Source: the human T2T-CHM13v2.0 reference genome, Homo sapiens
NCBI RefSeq assembly: GCF_009914755.1
Contig: NC_060941.1
Length of the DNA: 64,000 nucleotides
Direction: 5' to 3' (one strand)
Numbering within the stretch: position 1 is the stretch's first letter; every line of letters starts with the position of its first letter. The notes below the pieces were generated by a model. That model ran no database searches and was not told the DNA's origin. It worked only from the letters and a program-made list of their open reading frames with translations. The translations under genes and the position numbers were made by a program. Positions 1 through 13,258 of this stretch are shown piece by piece.

Positions 1-219
1 GGGGATTGTGTTTAAGCAAATATTTATTTAATAATACCAGTTAAAGAGTTCTGTGACATTTATTCCTTTTCTGAGGTCACCCAACTTTGCAAAAGTTCAA
101 TATTATCTTGCAAAATCTGATAGCAGATTTTAAAAAAAGAGACACGGGTCATGATGACTTCTCTCAGAAAATGTGACTACAATCAATTTTGCTGTCTGTA
201 CGTTTGTTTGTTACTTTAT

Positions 220-365
220 CTTTCTGCACAGCCTGTGAGGTAGGGAAGGGTTAAGCCCTCTTGACCCACTTTGCAGATGAAATGGAGCTAAGCTTAGAAG
301 GAGGACAGCAACTGAGATGAGCAAAGTTCGAAGCCAGGAGGTGCAGTCCCCAGCTTTATCTACCA
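220..365 (-). mobile_element. MIR fragment
   Basis: cccactttgcagatgaaa resembles the reverse complement of the MIR core. Confidence 0.55.
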
Positions 366-396
366 AGTCAACTGTCTTTCCTTCTCTCCCTTTTGC

Positions 397-1890
397 TTTT
401 TTTTTTTTTATTTGGAGGTAATTTAAAACTTACAGGAAAGTTTTTAAGGATAAGTTCAAAGAACATCCTTGTATGCTCCACTCACATATATCCTTTATCA
501 GCATTTTACCCTCTTTGCTCAATCAGTTGCTCTCTTTTTCACTAATAGGGTTTTTTCCTTGAGTCATTAGGGAATAATTGTACGCATTGTGACCCTCCAC
601 TCCTAAATACATCAGTGTTCCTAATGGGGATATTCCCTTACCAACTTCAGTCCAGTTATGAACTTCAGAAATCCAGCATTGATACAGTGCTTTTATGTAA
701 TCTACCATCTGCATTTCAGTTTTATCAATTGCCCCAATCTGTCCTTTATAGAATTCTTTTTCCCTCAAGTACAGGATACAATGGAGGATCAGGTATAACA
801 TTTAGGTTTTTTTGATGACTCTTTCGTCTGCTTTAACCTGGAATATTTCCCTAGCCTTTCTTTGCCTTTTATGACATTGCCATTTATAAAGAATACAATC
901 CTCCCCCACCTTTTCCCAATAGAACATTCTTGTCTAGTATTTCCTCATGACTAGATTCAAGTTATGCTTTCCTGGCCAGAACACGACGTAAGTGTTTTTG
1001 TGTCCTTCTCAGGGTATCGCATCTGGAGCACTTGATGTCCATCTGCCTCTCTTTGATCACCTGGTCAAGGTGTTGTTAGATTTCTCCACTGTATAGTTAC
1101 TATGTTTTGTCTTGCAACGAAGAAGCAGTCTGTGGGGAGATGCTTTAAGATGTTCCTCATGGAAGTTTCCTCTGAAAGCTAGCATTCACTGATGATTCTT
1201 GCCTGATCTAGTCTTTACAGCAATGGTTACAAAATAATTTTCTAATTCCTACATCCCCTCTTTATTTACCACTTGGCCCTTGGCATCTGCGGTAAGCAAG
1301 ATCCCCTCCTTCTTACCCACTAATTTTAAAATCTATTTCTTATAGATATGGACCCATGGAGTCCTAGTATTTCAATGGCTTATAATCATTACTGTACATA
1401 ACAATTTTGGTGCTCAAATTGGCCCACACTTGGCCAGTGGGAGGCCCTTCATTCTGATTCCCTACAACATGATCCTGCGCCGGAGTTTATTTTTAAGCAC
1501 TTCTTTACTTTCTGGCATAACAAGGTGTTCCAAGCTCATCTTGTGTCTCCCCTGCTCCAGACCTGGAGTTACTCACTTCTCCAAGGAGCTGGTTTCTTGT
1601 AGTGGGGATTGCATTTAGAGACCAAGATAAGAAGGTTACTAGAGCGTCTTTGCTCAATGTTACTGGAGTGTCTTCGTCTCTAGGCCATTTCAGTGGAGAG
1701 ATATAGGAAACATGAGTGTACACATATACACACAGATACATGGGCATGTCCATGCATCATATACATACATATTTTGGAAATCATGGGTTCACACCACACC
1801 TCCAAGTTTGCTCAATCCACACTTACTAGTTTGCTCAATCCTTAATACGTCTAAAATAGAGCCAGAGTGGCTTGCCCATTCCACTACAAA
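397..1890 (-). mobile_element. Old L1M (L1MC/MD-like) 3' region; probably continues between the Alus to ~3260
   Basis: Poly-T then tatttggaggtaatttaaaacttacaggaaagtt, resembling the reverse complement of an L1M 3' end. Confidence 0.6.
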
Positions 1891-1902
1891 AGACTGGCCT
1901 AC

Positions 1903-2224
<322 letters not shown>

Positions 2225-2621
2225 CTAGGGTGCATAGTTCAACCGTGTGTTCCTCAGTCATTTGGATTACCTCTTCCCTCCCTCCCACCTGCACTGTGGT
2301 TATGGTTTGCTGTCAGTTTCAGGGTTTTCTTCCTTTTCCCTTCCCATCCTTGTTAATTTAATTTTATTTAATATATGGGACATTCATGTGTGTTTAAAAG
2401 TTTACTGAGAGAAGCCCTGCTGCCATATCTAGATCTCTCCTTCCCTGTTTCCCAACCCCTGAGAGGTAACCAACCTCACCCTTTTCTGATTTGTCTTGTG
2501 TTTCTTTTTGTAAAGATAAACAGATATATGTATATTTTCTTATTTCCCCTTCTTATATAAGAGGTAGTGTAGCATATACTCTTTAAAGCATCTTATTATT
2601 TTTAAAAATTAACTAAAGTCC

Positions 2622-2927
<306 letters not shown>

Positions 2928-3682
2928 TTATTCCAATTTCCCTAGTTTTTCCTTACTGTCCTTTTTCTGTTCTAGGACATCATTTACATTTAATAGCCCT
3001 GTCTTCGTAGGCTCCTCTTGCTTGTAACAGTCGCATCTTATTTTTTGAAATGTATCAATAGGTAGGTAGCGGTTGAACAAGACGGAGAAAGAGAAGGTGA
3101 AAGGTGAGAGATGAAAAATGTTAGGTCCATATCCTGCAAATGTTGTTATTTATCACTTCTGTGATTTTCTCTATATCCACCTGCTACATGTATTATTATT
3201 TACTTAATACTTTTCTTTTTGTTGATTTATTTTATCACCATAAAAACATTTTGTAAGAAAACTTTACATCATTACTATAAATGAGAAACCACTTGCTCAC
3301 TTGTATTTCGTGAGAATTGCATAGAAATTGCAGCATTTTGAAGTTTAAAAAGTTTAACAGCGAAGTAACCCCTTCTCATCCTTATTTTTAACAGGACTTG
3401 AGACATGTAAATAACACATTTTGGGGGGGGGGGTCTGATTTTTTTCTTAATGAAGATGTAAACCCATGGAATTCATTGATCTACCCCTTTGCTCTGATAA
3501 TGTGCAGTAAACTGAGGCTGAGCCTTCCGGGGGTTTGAGAAAGAGCTGAGTCATATGGGGAAATAAAATAAAAATGTGAATAAGTGTAGTCCAAGCTGGG
3601 TGAGTTAAATGCTTTGAAGAACAATAAATAATCTTTCTTTTTTTGTTGTTTAAATCATTAGCAGAACATTTTGCAAAGTGTC

Positions 3683-3980
3683 TTTCTTTCTTTTCTTTTT
3701 TTTAGACAGGGTCTCACTGCATTCTGACTGAATGCAGTGGCACGATCATGGCTCATTGTAGCCTCAACCTCCTGGGCTCTGGCGATCCTCCCACCTCAGC
3801 CTCTTGTATAGCTGGAACTACAGGCACACGCCACCATGCTTGGCTAATTTTTCTATTTTTTGTAGCGATGGGGTTTTGCCATGTTGTCCAGGCTGGTCTC
3901 AAACTCCTGAGCTCAAGCAATCTGCCTGTCCCGGCCTCCCAAAGTGCTGGGATTACAAGTGTGAGCCACTGTGCCCAGCC
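3683..3980 (-). mobile_element. AluJ
   Basis: T tail, agacagggtctc...gcccagcc; TSD aaagtgtc. Confidence 0.93.
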
Positions 3981-4929
3981 AAAGTGTCCTATTTTTACAA
4001 AACCTAAACAGAATAGGTAATCGAACAGAGTAGGGCTAAACATATATATGTTTGTGTGTGTGCACAGTTTACATTTACTCTGGTTATCTTTAAGATAATG
4101 CCTTAAAGATTCAGGGCTGCATCTTAGGCAGATCAAACACATATCAGTTATGCTTATGTCTTTTCATGGAGTTCCAAATAGAAAATTTCCCAGCACTCTA
4201 CTGTAGTGACTTCTTAATTAAGCAGCTATTAGTTAATACCCTTCCTCACCATTGTTCCTGGAAATGAGTTCTAGAAGCCCTGGCCCTTAGGTTGCCATAG
4301 ATAATAAGGATGCAGTGTGTTTCAGACTAGCATTGTAGAAAGAAGTGGGAATTATCAGAGCACCCCACAGTGTACCATCTTATCAAGATTTGAATTATGA
4401 GACCTGTATTCCAAAATAGCTCTTTTAAAATGATCTTAGCCGTTATTTTAAAATAATGAGTGTGGCATTATAGCACCACTTTTCAAATTTTAAGTGAAGA
4501 AAAGAAACACATCTACCCATCATCCTGCCTGTGGGTCTCATTGCTTTCCAGCCCCATCCGCATGTGTTCAGACCCCTTCATGCAGGCATTATTGGAGTAC
4601 AGATGTACATGCTTCTGTCTTGCGTTTCTCTCTCAGCATCATGTATGTTGAAACCCATGGTACTTATATTGGAGTTGTTCTGTCTTCACGATTGTACATG
4701 TGATGTTCAGCGAGGTCACTCCCTGGGATTTCTACCCCCCTGAAAGCAAAGAAGTGGAAATTTTGTCCTGGTTTCTCTCTTGGTAGAGTAGGTTTGTCTC
4801 TAGGTTCTCCACAATACCTGCTTCCGTGGAATTGGCTGGAGTCGATGATGTTAGCAACTCCTTCTCAAGTCATTTCAGCGATCCTTCAGTCTTTTTCAGG
4901 ACATTGGGTTTCCACGTATCTGACCATTT

Positions 4930-5060
4930 CTTCTTTCTTCTGTTCACTGAACCAACACTCAGAGGCTGTGCCCTTTGCCAGGCCCTGGGCTGACTATGGC
5001 GATAGAGCGGTGAGCAAGGTAAGTGCATTTGGTCTCTGCCTGCGGGAGCTCACAGGTCAT
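4930..5060 (-). mobile_element. L2 3'-end fragment
   Basis: tgccaggccctgggctg...ggtctctgccctgcgggagctcaca resembles the antisense L2 end. Confidence 0.5.
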
Positions 5061-5441
5061 TTGCACAGTTGTGTGCACGGTGCCCTTGTGCTGCGCTGCG
5101 TGTCCAGCCTTTCTCATCTGCTCATGGATGCACACATCGCATTAGAAGGGGAGAGAAGGTGACGTGGCTGTAGGAAGACTCTACTCTGCCTTTCTAAATG
5201 CTAAGTTCTGTGCATGCTTTGGCACCTTCCTAGTGGTACAAGTTGCTTGTGATACATCTCACTTGGACATATCTATGGTAGTCCAAGGAGTATGAGGGTG
5301 GTTAGACTAGGGGTTGAGTTGGGAGTCACAGGAGGCAGGCAGGGAGTGATGGATGCCTGGGTTGTCCCTTGGGACAAGAGGCCACTGCTCAGTTTCAGGA
5401 GTTCTAGTGTTCAGCTCACTTCTGTACCCAGGGAGGATGAC

Positions 5442-5861
5442 TGATGTGGTTCGGATATGTGTCTTCTCCAGATCTCATGTTGAAATGTGATTTGCAATGT
5501 TGGAGGTAGGGCCTAGTGGGAGGTATTGGATCAAGGGGGCAGATCCCTCAGGAATGACTTAGTGTCATCCCCTTAGTCATAAGTAAGTTCTCACTCTATG
5601 AGTTCTCATGACAGCTGGTTGTTTAAAAAGCCTGGCACCTCTTCCCTCTCCTTCTTGCCCCCTTTCTTGCCATGTGATACATTGGCTCCCCTTCCCCCTC
5701 CGCCATGATTAGAAGCTTCCCGAAGCCTTCGCTGGAAGCCGTGCAGATGTGGGCAACATGCTTGTACAGCCTGAAGAACCGCGAGCCAAAAAACTTCCTT
5801 TCTTTATAAATTACCCAGCCTCAGGTACTTCCTTATAGCAATGCAAAAATGGACTAACCCA
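5442..5861 (+). mobile_element. MSTB-type MaLR solo LTR
   Basis: TG...CA termini, MST-like body (atctcatgttgaaatgtgat...), perfect 5-bp TSD ATGAC at 5437-5441 and 5862-5866. Confidence 0.9.
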
Positions 5862-7297
5862 ATGACCTATAGGGGGAATGGTGACATTCTTAGGTTGGTG
5901 TCCTTCTCTTTCCCAACTCACATCCCCTCTCAGGGTGTTCTGGCTTCTTAGCTTTCTGTTACTTTCTGAATTAGGAAAGATCTGATATTATTTACACTCG
6001 TGCCTGTTAACTCTCCCAGGTGCTGTCCAAGCCTTTTATCTCAAATTGTGGACTGAAAAGCTTTATCTCTGGTTTAAGGCTTCAAGTCCTGGCCAGTAGA
6101 CTAAGGAGATATTTAGGGGCACAGAGAAGCCTTCCTGAAGTTCCTGAAATAAGAGCATTCTCGGGCTGCCCTCCTCCATGGTTCCTGGCTGACCACTTGT
6201 CTTCTGCCTCGGGGTTGGAAGCCTGGGATGAGGACTCCAGGCTCTCGTCTCGGAGCCCTTCCTTCTCCTGTTACTGGGATTCTCCTCAGCTCACTGCCTT
6301 CTCCCTTTTGGTCACTGCTGCCCGACTCCTGACCCAGCAGCCCGGGGATTTTCAGTGTGTGTCTCCGTGTGTGTGTTTGTGTGTGTGTGCACGTGCGCTT
6401 CCATCCCTGAACTCACTAGAGAGGCATAGGGCAGCATGAACACTCACGGAGAACGAATGCTCATGAGAAGCGTGTGGTAAACTCAAAGTTTTTCCATTTG
6501 GCACAGTTGAGGAGTAACGTTTAAATCTTCTTCTTAATTAACATTTATGAGTGATCCTGACAGTGATTAAAGAAATACAGGAAAGCTCTCAACATATGTG
6601 TATGTCAATTATATGTACTGGGGGAAGAAGAAAGATGAGGAAAAATGAAATACTTGAATGATCTGCTTTAGAATTGTGTACATTTGTGTCTAAGTACCAT
6701 GTCATGAATAATAGTGCTAAGAGTACTTAAGAAGATGAACAGATCACCTTTTATCAGTTTTATGACAGGAGTCCAGTTGGTGCACTGCACATGTGTGCTT
6801 AGTTCCAGCCTGTCTGCTCACAACCAGGAACCACACAAAAAGAGTTAACATTAGTCATGGTAAGCTTAGCAAGCAGATACACTTCAAAATTTTTTCTCCT
6901 TGAAGCTTTTTAAAGCCAATTTCAGGAAGATATATACTGAAAAACTCAAAGGAGAGGTGACGGTTGGGAAGCCAAGAAATAATTTTTTACTCTAAGAATA
7001 TTCTAGAACCCAGTAGTACCTGAAAAATCTCTCAAATACATCCTCCTTTGCTGCCCTTTTGGAAAGATTAAAGCATATCTGGTGACACCAGTAGGTGTCA
7101 TCTGATGGGTTCTTGCTGCCTGGCGCTGTGTGAATTATAAATGAACCATATGGAACCACTTTATATTAAGTAACTTACGTGTTCCAGTGATAGTTATTTA
7201 GGTTGTAATCTTCTCAGAATCTGTTGTTAATGACTGGTTTGTTTTCACCTGAGGTTGTTAATGCTCCAAAGCCTATTGTTAACAGTGCCAGAGGTAG

Positions 7298-7300
<3 letters not shown>

Positions 7301-7338
<38 letters not shown>
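7301..7338. repeat. (TG)19 microsatellite
   Basis: Seen directly. Confidence 0.98.
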
Positions 7339-7340
<2 letters not shown>

Positions 7341-7529
7341 CATAGAAGGATGTTACTGTGGACCATATGTAATGGGCTGATAGCTTTTATTTTTTTGCCT
7401 TAGAGTCCAGACATGGTGCTCTGGAATAGCCGTTGTAGGGATTATGTTTATTTGTCCTGCATGAATGCCAATTTTCGGTTTGTGCAAGGAAGGGATGTGT
7501 CTGGAAACACTTGGAGTACTGGATGGCCT

Positions 7530-7890
7530 CTCCATGTGATTGGCCTTTGGAGACCGCCCATTGCCTCAGGATAAAGTCCAAGTGCTGTTGCATGGCCTGG
7601 AGGGTGGCCGTGGTGTGTTCCTCCCTCCTCCCCAGCAGGGTCATTTCTCCCTCTCACACCCCACCACACTGAGCCACTGGCAGTGCCCTGATCACACTGG
7701 CTGTTTATGCTTCCCTGCCTTTGCGCAGGGGATCCCTGGCCCGGAAAGTGCTCAACCCCATCTTGTCAATTTGGCTTCAGCATCACTTGGTCTCTGAGCG
7801 CCTCCTGATCCCCTCTGCCTCCTCCTCCTGTGCCTGCTAGGCTGTGCTCCTCTCTGTCAATACCATGGCACGTTTTAGACTTTTTGTTCA
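7530..7890 (+). mobile_element. L2 fragment
   Basis: ttgcctcaggataaagtccaag...gcctttgc, a typical L2 3' region. Confidence 0.65.
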
Positions 7891-7900
7891 CCCACTGTCA

Positions 7901-8344
7901 TCGTATCAGCTAGGGTCTCTGTAGGAAACAGACACCTCATGGGAGGGGGTACTTGAGAAGATTGAATGAGGGGATTGTTTACAGAGGTGTAGACAGGGTT
8001 AAAGGTTCAGCAAGGAAGGATGAAGCTCCTCAGGGTTATCAGCAATGCTAAGCAGGCTAACCACCCCTAGGCCTGAGGGGCAAGAGGAGGGAGCAGGTAC
8101 TGAAATTCAGCTGTTGTGGAGGTTCCCAACTGGACCTGTGGCCGAGGAGGAGTGAGGCCCAGCAAGCAGGGGCATCACTGCCTCAACTTCTCTCTTCCCA
8201 CCTTCTCTTGATAGTGTCTTCCATTGGCCAAGCCCAACCGGAAACCAGGAGACCATTCTAGGGAGGTCAGTCTTGCAAGGCACAAGCAGGGAGGAAAAGA
8301 GCAGATGATGGTTCTGGAGGGTCAAGCAGAAAGTAACTAGCACA
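7901..8344 (-). mobile_element. ERVL-type LTR (LTR33-like)
   Basis: gtatcagctagggtctctgtaggaaacag...aactagcaca; reverse complement starts TGTGCTAG...CCCTCCAG. Confidence 0.55.
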
Positions 8345-8657
8345 CCCACATTCTCTTGTGGGAGTGTAGGCTCAGTAAGGGCACTAGCCATGTCATTCCA
8401 GTATTCCCAGGGCCCATCATAGTGGGGTGCTGGGACTAGGGCTTAGTTGCCCTCCCCAGTCCTCATCAACACCTCCTAGCCACCACAAATAAATACACCA
8501 TCTAAGCCAAAACTGAGTGCTTGTATAGCTTTGAAACAAATCCTCAGCCCCCTGCCTGTTCCCACTTAGAAGGGTGCTGCTCCTAAGCCCCTGTTTTATA
8601 TAAATTCTGGAGCCCCCACCTACTTAGCTCAATGCCTGATTCAAAGTTTGTGTGTAT

Positions 8658-8985
8658 GGCCAGGTGCAACGGCTCATGCCTGTAATCCCAGCACTTTGGG
8701 AGGCCTAGGTGAGTGGATCATCTGAGGTCAGGAGTTTGAAACCAGCCTGGCCAACATGGCGAAACCTCATCTCTACTAAAAATATAAAAATTAGCTGGGT
8801 GTGGTGGCGCATGCCTGTAATCCCAGCTAGTTGGGAGGCTGAGGAAGGAGAAGCGTTTGAACCCAGGAGGCAAGTTTGCAATGAGCCGAGATCGCGCCAC
8901 TGCACTCCAGCCTTGACAACAGAGTGAGACTGTGTCACACACACACAAAACAAAAACAAACAGCCCCAAAAAACCACACACACAC
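8658..8985 (+). mobile_element. AluS with CA-rich tail, inserted in an L2 3' terminus
   Basis: Alu dimer; TSD aaagtttgtgt; the flanks rejoin into an L2 end (...gaatgaatgaatg). Confidence 0.93.
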
Positions 8986-10933
8986 AAAGTTTGTGTTCAG
9001 TGTATACTTGATGGAATGAATGAATGGATAGATGAGTGAGACAATGAATGAATGAGAACATACATTGTGTGAAGAAACACTGAGAGGAAGGTGTGAGGCA
9101 GGTCAGCTTCTCATTCTTTGGTTCCCTTTCATATTCATAAGGTACTGGAGGTACTGGATATAAGTCCCAGGAAAGTCGGCCTTTCCTATCTCTTTGGTTT
9201 GCTGTTGACTTCCAGCACAGTGTCTGCACCAAGTAGGCACTCAACAAGTATATGTCACGTAAATGAATCTGGATGTTAAGTCATGAACCTGGATGGTTTC
9301 TTCTTTAGTGGTCTACTCTGAGGTTCACCAGTGTGTAAAGTCTTGGGCTACCATCTCTGTTTTGGGACCTAGGACCATTTTGGTATTTTTCCCAAGTAGA
9401 GAAATCTGTGGCCGCCCTTCCTATTTATTCTTTTGATTTCTGGAACTTAGATGTCTGAATAGAGGACTCGATGTTTGTTCCTTTTATTTTATAAAGGAAG
9501 TAGGGGAGGAAATAGGACTCTAAGACCTTGGCGGAAAAGAGAAGGGAAGCAGATGAAGAGGAGCTCCCAGGTGAAGGAGGGTGGAACCCTGATTCCTAAA
9601 TGGGAACAGGTTTGTTCGGACTCACACACTGAGCAGCTCTGTGTTTCTTCTTGCTCTTCCATGCTCACAAAGGTCTGTGATTTTAGGAGGAGGTGTTGAG
9701 GGACCCTGGAAGAAAGATAAAGGGTAGGGTCAGGGGAATAAATATCAGCCAATCCCTGAATAATTGTCACCTTAAAAGGCTGTACCTAGACAGGGTTTGT
9801 GGTCTTGAAGGAGCCAGTTTCTTGTGTTCAAGCTTCTTGGTCTCTTCTTGGTCCATGTGGATTTAACTTGGATGGAATCCCTCTGGCTACCAGTTTGCCT
9901 TGGCCAGAAGGAGAAGGGCTCCTCCTAGCCTCCTCCTCTGCTGCTTCAGCCCTGCTGGGCACTGAGCAATTTCACAGGGCGGTGTTAAGGATCAGGGTGT
10001 GGAGAGTAGGAAATTAGTAATGACTGGACTGGGTGAGGGTGACTCTTGTAATTTTAAAGAAATGTTTAAAAATTAATCGGTTCTCTGCTCTGCAGCTTTA
10101 AAAAAGTCAAGATGGAGAATTTCCCACTGTGACGCCTTTTATTTCTGGAAAGTTGAGTCATTTAATGATGATTTGAATATCAACAGTTCATTGGCCCATC
10201 TTTCCCCAGATAGCTCCCGAAAATGCGCTCTCCTCCAGAGAAGGACACTTTTCATTCCTTTAGTTTTCTGGCAACTCAAGTATAGCCTGGCCTCCTGTGT
10301 TTCCCCAGACCATTATCGGAGTTGTACTGACCAAATGGGAGTGGGTTTTCACTTGTACCCACTGCTCCTGTTTAAGTCTTCCTTGGACCAACTGTGGGTA
10401 GGTGTAAAGCAGGCATGGCTGTGACTTCCACATTGGATGGAGGCTTGATTGATTCGATGTGATTCCTTGGGTTTTCTTGGGGTTGTACTAAGGACTTGTG
10501 TGCCCAGGAGGACACAAGGCTAAAGATGGACTTGGTGCACTGATACATGGTTCAGTTAGGAACAGATAGTGGAGGAGCTCCTAAGACATTTACCTAAGAT
10601 ATTCTAAGGGAAATCGTAGACTCTTATTTCCTTTGTTATTTAGGGAGTAGTTGGTGGAGATGTAGGTGGTACCAGTGATGCCATTTCTCTTGTAGGAGCA
10701 TTTGCTGAGTCAAAGTATCTATTTCCTCTGGAGGGTCCTTGAATTTAAGAGCTTCCAGTACCAGTAGATTGAAGATTTAGTCTGATTATAATTTTTTCCT
10801 TGGGTCTCAGAACATTAAGAGTATTCGAAGACCTGGTTCTCTTGTTTCCTCATTAATTTTGGTCCTGGATGGTGCAGGGGTTGGACTGACCTATTAAGTC
10901 TCCTTTTCCCCCATCCATGAGCAGTAAGTCTGT

Positions 10934-11329
10934 CATGGGGATCAGCAAACTCTTTTTTTTTATGTGTGTAAAGGGTCCAGATAGTAAATATTTTAGGCTT
11001 TCAGGGATCAGGATGCAATATTGAGGATTTTGTGTAGGTATTTAACATAACAAGAGAGAAAACATTTACGGAGAATTTTTACTGATGAAATTCAAAATAT
11101 AATGACAATTATTGAGTACAGTTTTTTAAAATACACATTTGCTAATGAGAAGAATGGATTTTGTTTCAGGGGGCATAACATTTTGCTGAATTGGAGTACA
11201 AAGTTACTGTTTTCTATTATCAAGTCAGTTATAGATGTTTGTCAGTAAAAACCATTCTTAGTTCTCAGGTAAGAGAAAAACAGATGGCAGACCTGATGTG
11301 GACTGCATGCTATAGTTTGCCAACCCCTA
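10934..11329. mobile_element. MER58B-like hAT-Charlie element
   Basis: Terminal inverted repeats ggggatcagcaaac / gtttgccaacccct; aaagggtccagatagtaaatattttaggc body. Confidence 0.8.
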
Positions 11330-11454
11330 GTCAGTAGCATAGCTCTGGTGATGTTAGTTTTGGTGTGGAAAGTGTAAGGACGTGGTATGGCCCAGGACCC
11401 CATGTTGCTCTTTGAATGGCTGGGAAGGTGTTTGAATGCCACAACACTGGAATT

Positions 11455-11985
11455 TTGTGTATTTAATAAATAGTGGTAGAGAGGCCAGGCAATAGAAATA
11501 CAGAAGTGAGCAGGATGGTCAAGGTCAATGCCCTGGGAGAGCTTACATTCTAAGAGAGATGATAAGTGAATATAAAATTTGATTCCAGGTGGGGGAGGGG
11601 TGTTTAAAGGATGTCTCTCTGGGAGGTGATATTTGGATAGAGATCTGAACTAAGGGAGGGAATGGTCGCCAGAACTTTAGGTGAGGCAGCAGCAGAGGCA
11701 ACATCTTGAGATAGGAGAAAGCTTGATAAGTGTGAACCTCCAGGAAGTGCAGGTGAGAGCAGAGAGGGTGTGATGAGGAAGGGGGTGGGAGAGGAGTTTG
11801 AGGAGAGAGGCAGGGGCCAGATACAAGGAGCCTGGGAGCTTGTATTAATACAAAGGAGCATGCGATGGGATGTTGTTGGAAGGATTCGAGCAGCCAGAGA
11901 ATGATGCAGTATGATTAACTGTTGGAGAAGATCTCTCTAGCTGCTGGGCAGAGTAGACTCTAGAAGGCAAGAGTGGAAGTGGTTT
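11455..11985 (-). mobile_element. L2 fragment
   Basis: gagcttacattctaag...gaggtgatatttgg...ggggccagat, antisense L2 motifs. Confidence 0.7.
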
Positions 11986-12071
11986 TATGGGGCCACAAAA
12001 CTGAGTGTTGAAAATAAAGATAGTCTGAAAAATGTGGAGTCTGTGACCAGCATATTTTTAAGATTGTCTTC

Positions 12072-12530
12072 TGTGTCATAAGTCAGGATCCTTCTGGTTT
12101 CAAATAACCCAACTCAAAGGAACCCAACCAGAAAGGAGAATACCTTGGCCCACATAACTGTAAAGTCCAGGAGTTTTCCTGGTTTTGTCACAGCTGGTCC
12201 CAGGGCTCCGGTGATGTCACCATGGCTCTCTCTGTCCCTCATCTCTCCTCTCTCCTTTTCTCTGTGGGTTGGCCTCATTCACTCCTTTTGCACGTAAATG
12301 TTTTCCATGAGTTGGTGAAGTGGCCGTCAGGATTCTGGATGCACATAGGAGCTTGGCAGCTCCCATGGAAATAGTACTGCTTTCTTTCAGCATCTGCATA
12401 TCACTGTCAGGAAAGTTCCCTGATTGGCCTTGCTTAGGTCACAGGTCCAGCCCTTGGACCAGTCTGTGATGGATAGTCCCTTGGAACTGGGTAGGTTCCC
12501 TGAAGACAGGGGTGCTGAACAGACACAACA
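12072..12530 (-). mobile_element. MLT1 (J/K-like) LTR
   Basis: agtcaggatccttctggtttcaaataacccaactc...gattggcc...ggtcacaggtcca. Confidence 0.6.
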
Positions 12531-12989
12531 GTGTATGTCCAGCTTTGGTCTGTCCTCTTTGGTCTCCCTTATTTTTCTCTTCCTTTTCTGCCTCAGACCT
12601 TTCTGTTAGGGATGCGTGCCAAAACTCAAGTGGAACTGGTGTCTTTACCCTCAAAACACAGACTCCTGAATTATAATCACATGCTGATTTTCGTGGTTAC
12701 CACTGATCATGACCACATGATTCTTTTGCTCTGAGGGTTGGGCCAAACCCCCTCCCTTGTTCTGGCAATGCTATTTTGAGAGGCCATGGGGGCAGGCAGG
12801 GCCTGGCGGGTTCCAGACTCTGGCTCACCTTTTAATAACTTGCTCTGTGACCCTGGATGTGCCATTTAACCTTTCTGAGACTTAGTTTCTGAGCTGGGTG
12901 CATCAACTAAGATATCCATCAAATACTTTGGAAGATGTAAAGTGGCATTTAGATGACATAGGCTATGTTTCCCAGGCTAGGACATGGGC

Positions 12990-13258
12990 TATGTTTCCCA
13001 GGCTAGAGTGCGATGGCACAATCTCAGCTCCCTGCAACCTCTGCCTCCCGGGTTCAAGCAATTCTCCCTGCCCCAGCCTCCCAAGTAACTGGGATTACAG
13101 GCACCCACCCCCACGCCCAGCTAATTTTTTCTGTTTTTAGTAGAGTTGGGTTTTCGCCACGTTGGCCAGGCTGGTCCCGAACTCCTGACCTCAGGTGATC
13201 TGCCCGCCTCAGCCTCCCAAAGTGCTGGGATTACAGGCTTGAGCCACCGTGCCTGGCC
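12990..13258 (-). mobile_element. AluS lacking its poly(A) end
   Basis: cccaggctagagtgcgatggc...gcctggcc; no T tract. Confidence 0.92.

Noticed and set aside
11250-11275. Recursive-splice-like CAG|GTAAGA (also ccag|gtaagg at ~21065)
   Set aside because: Short pyrimidine tracts. The first also has a competing AG upstream and lies inside a MER58 element; such motifs are expected by chance.
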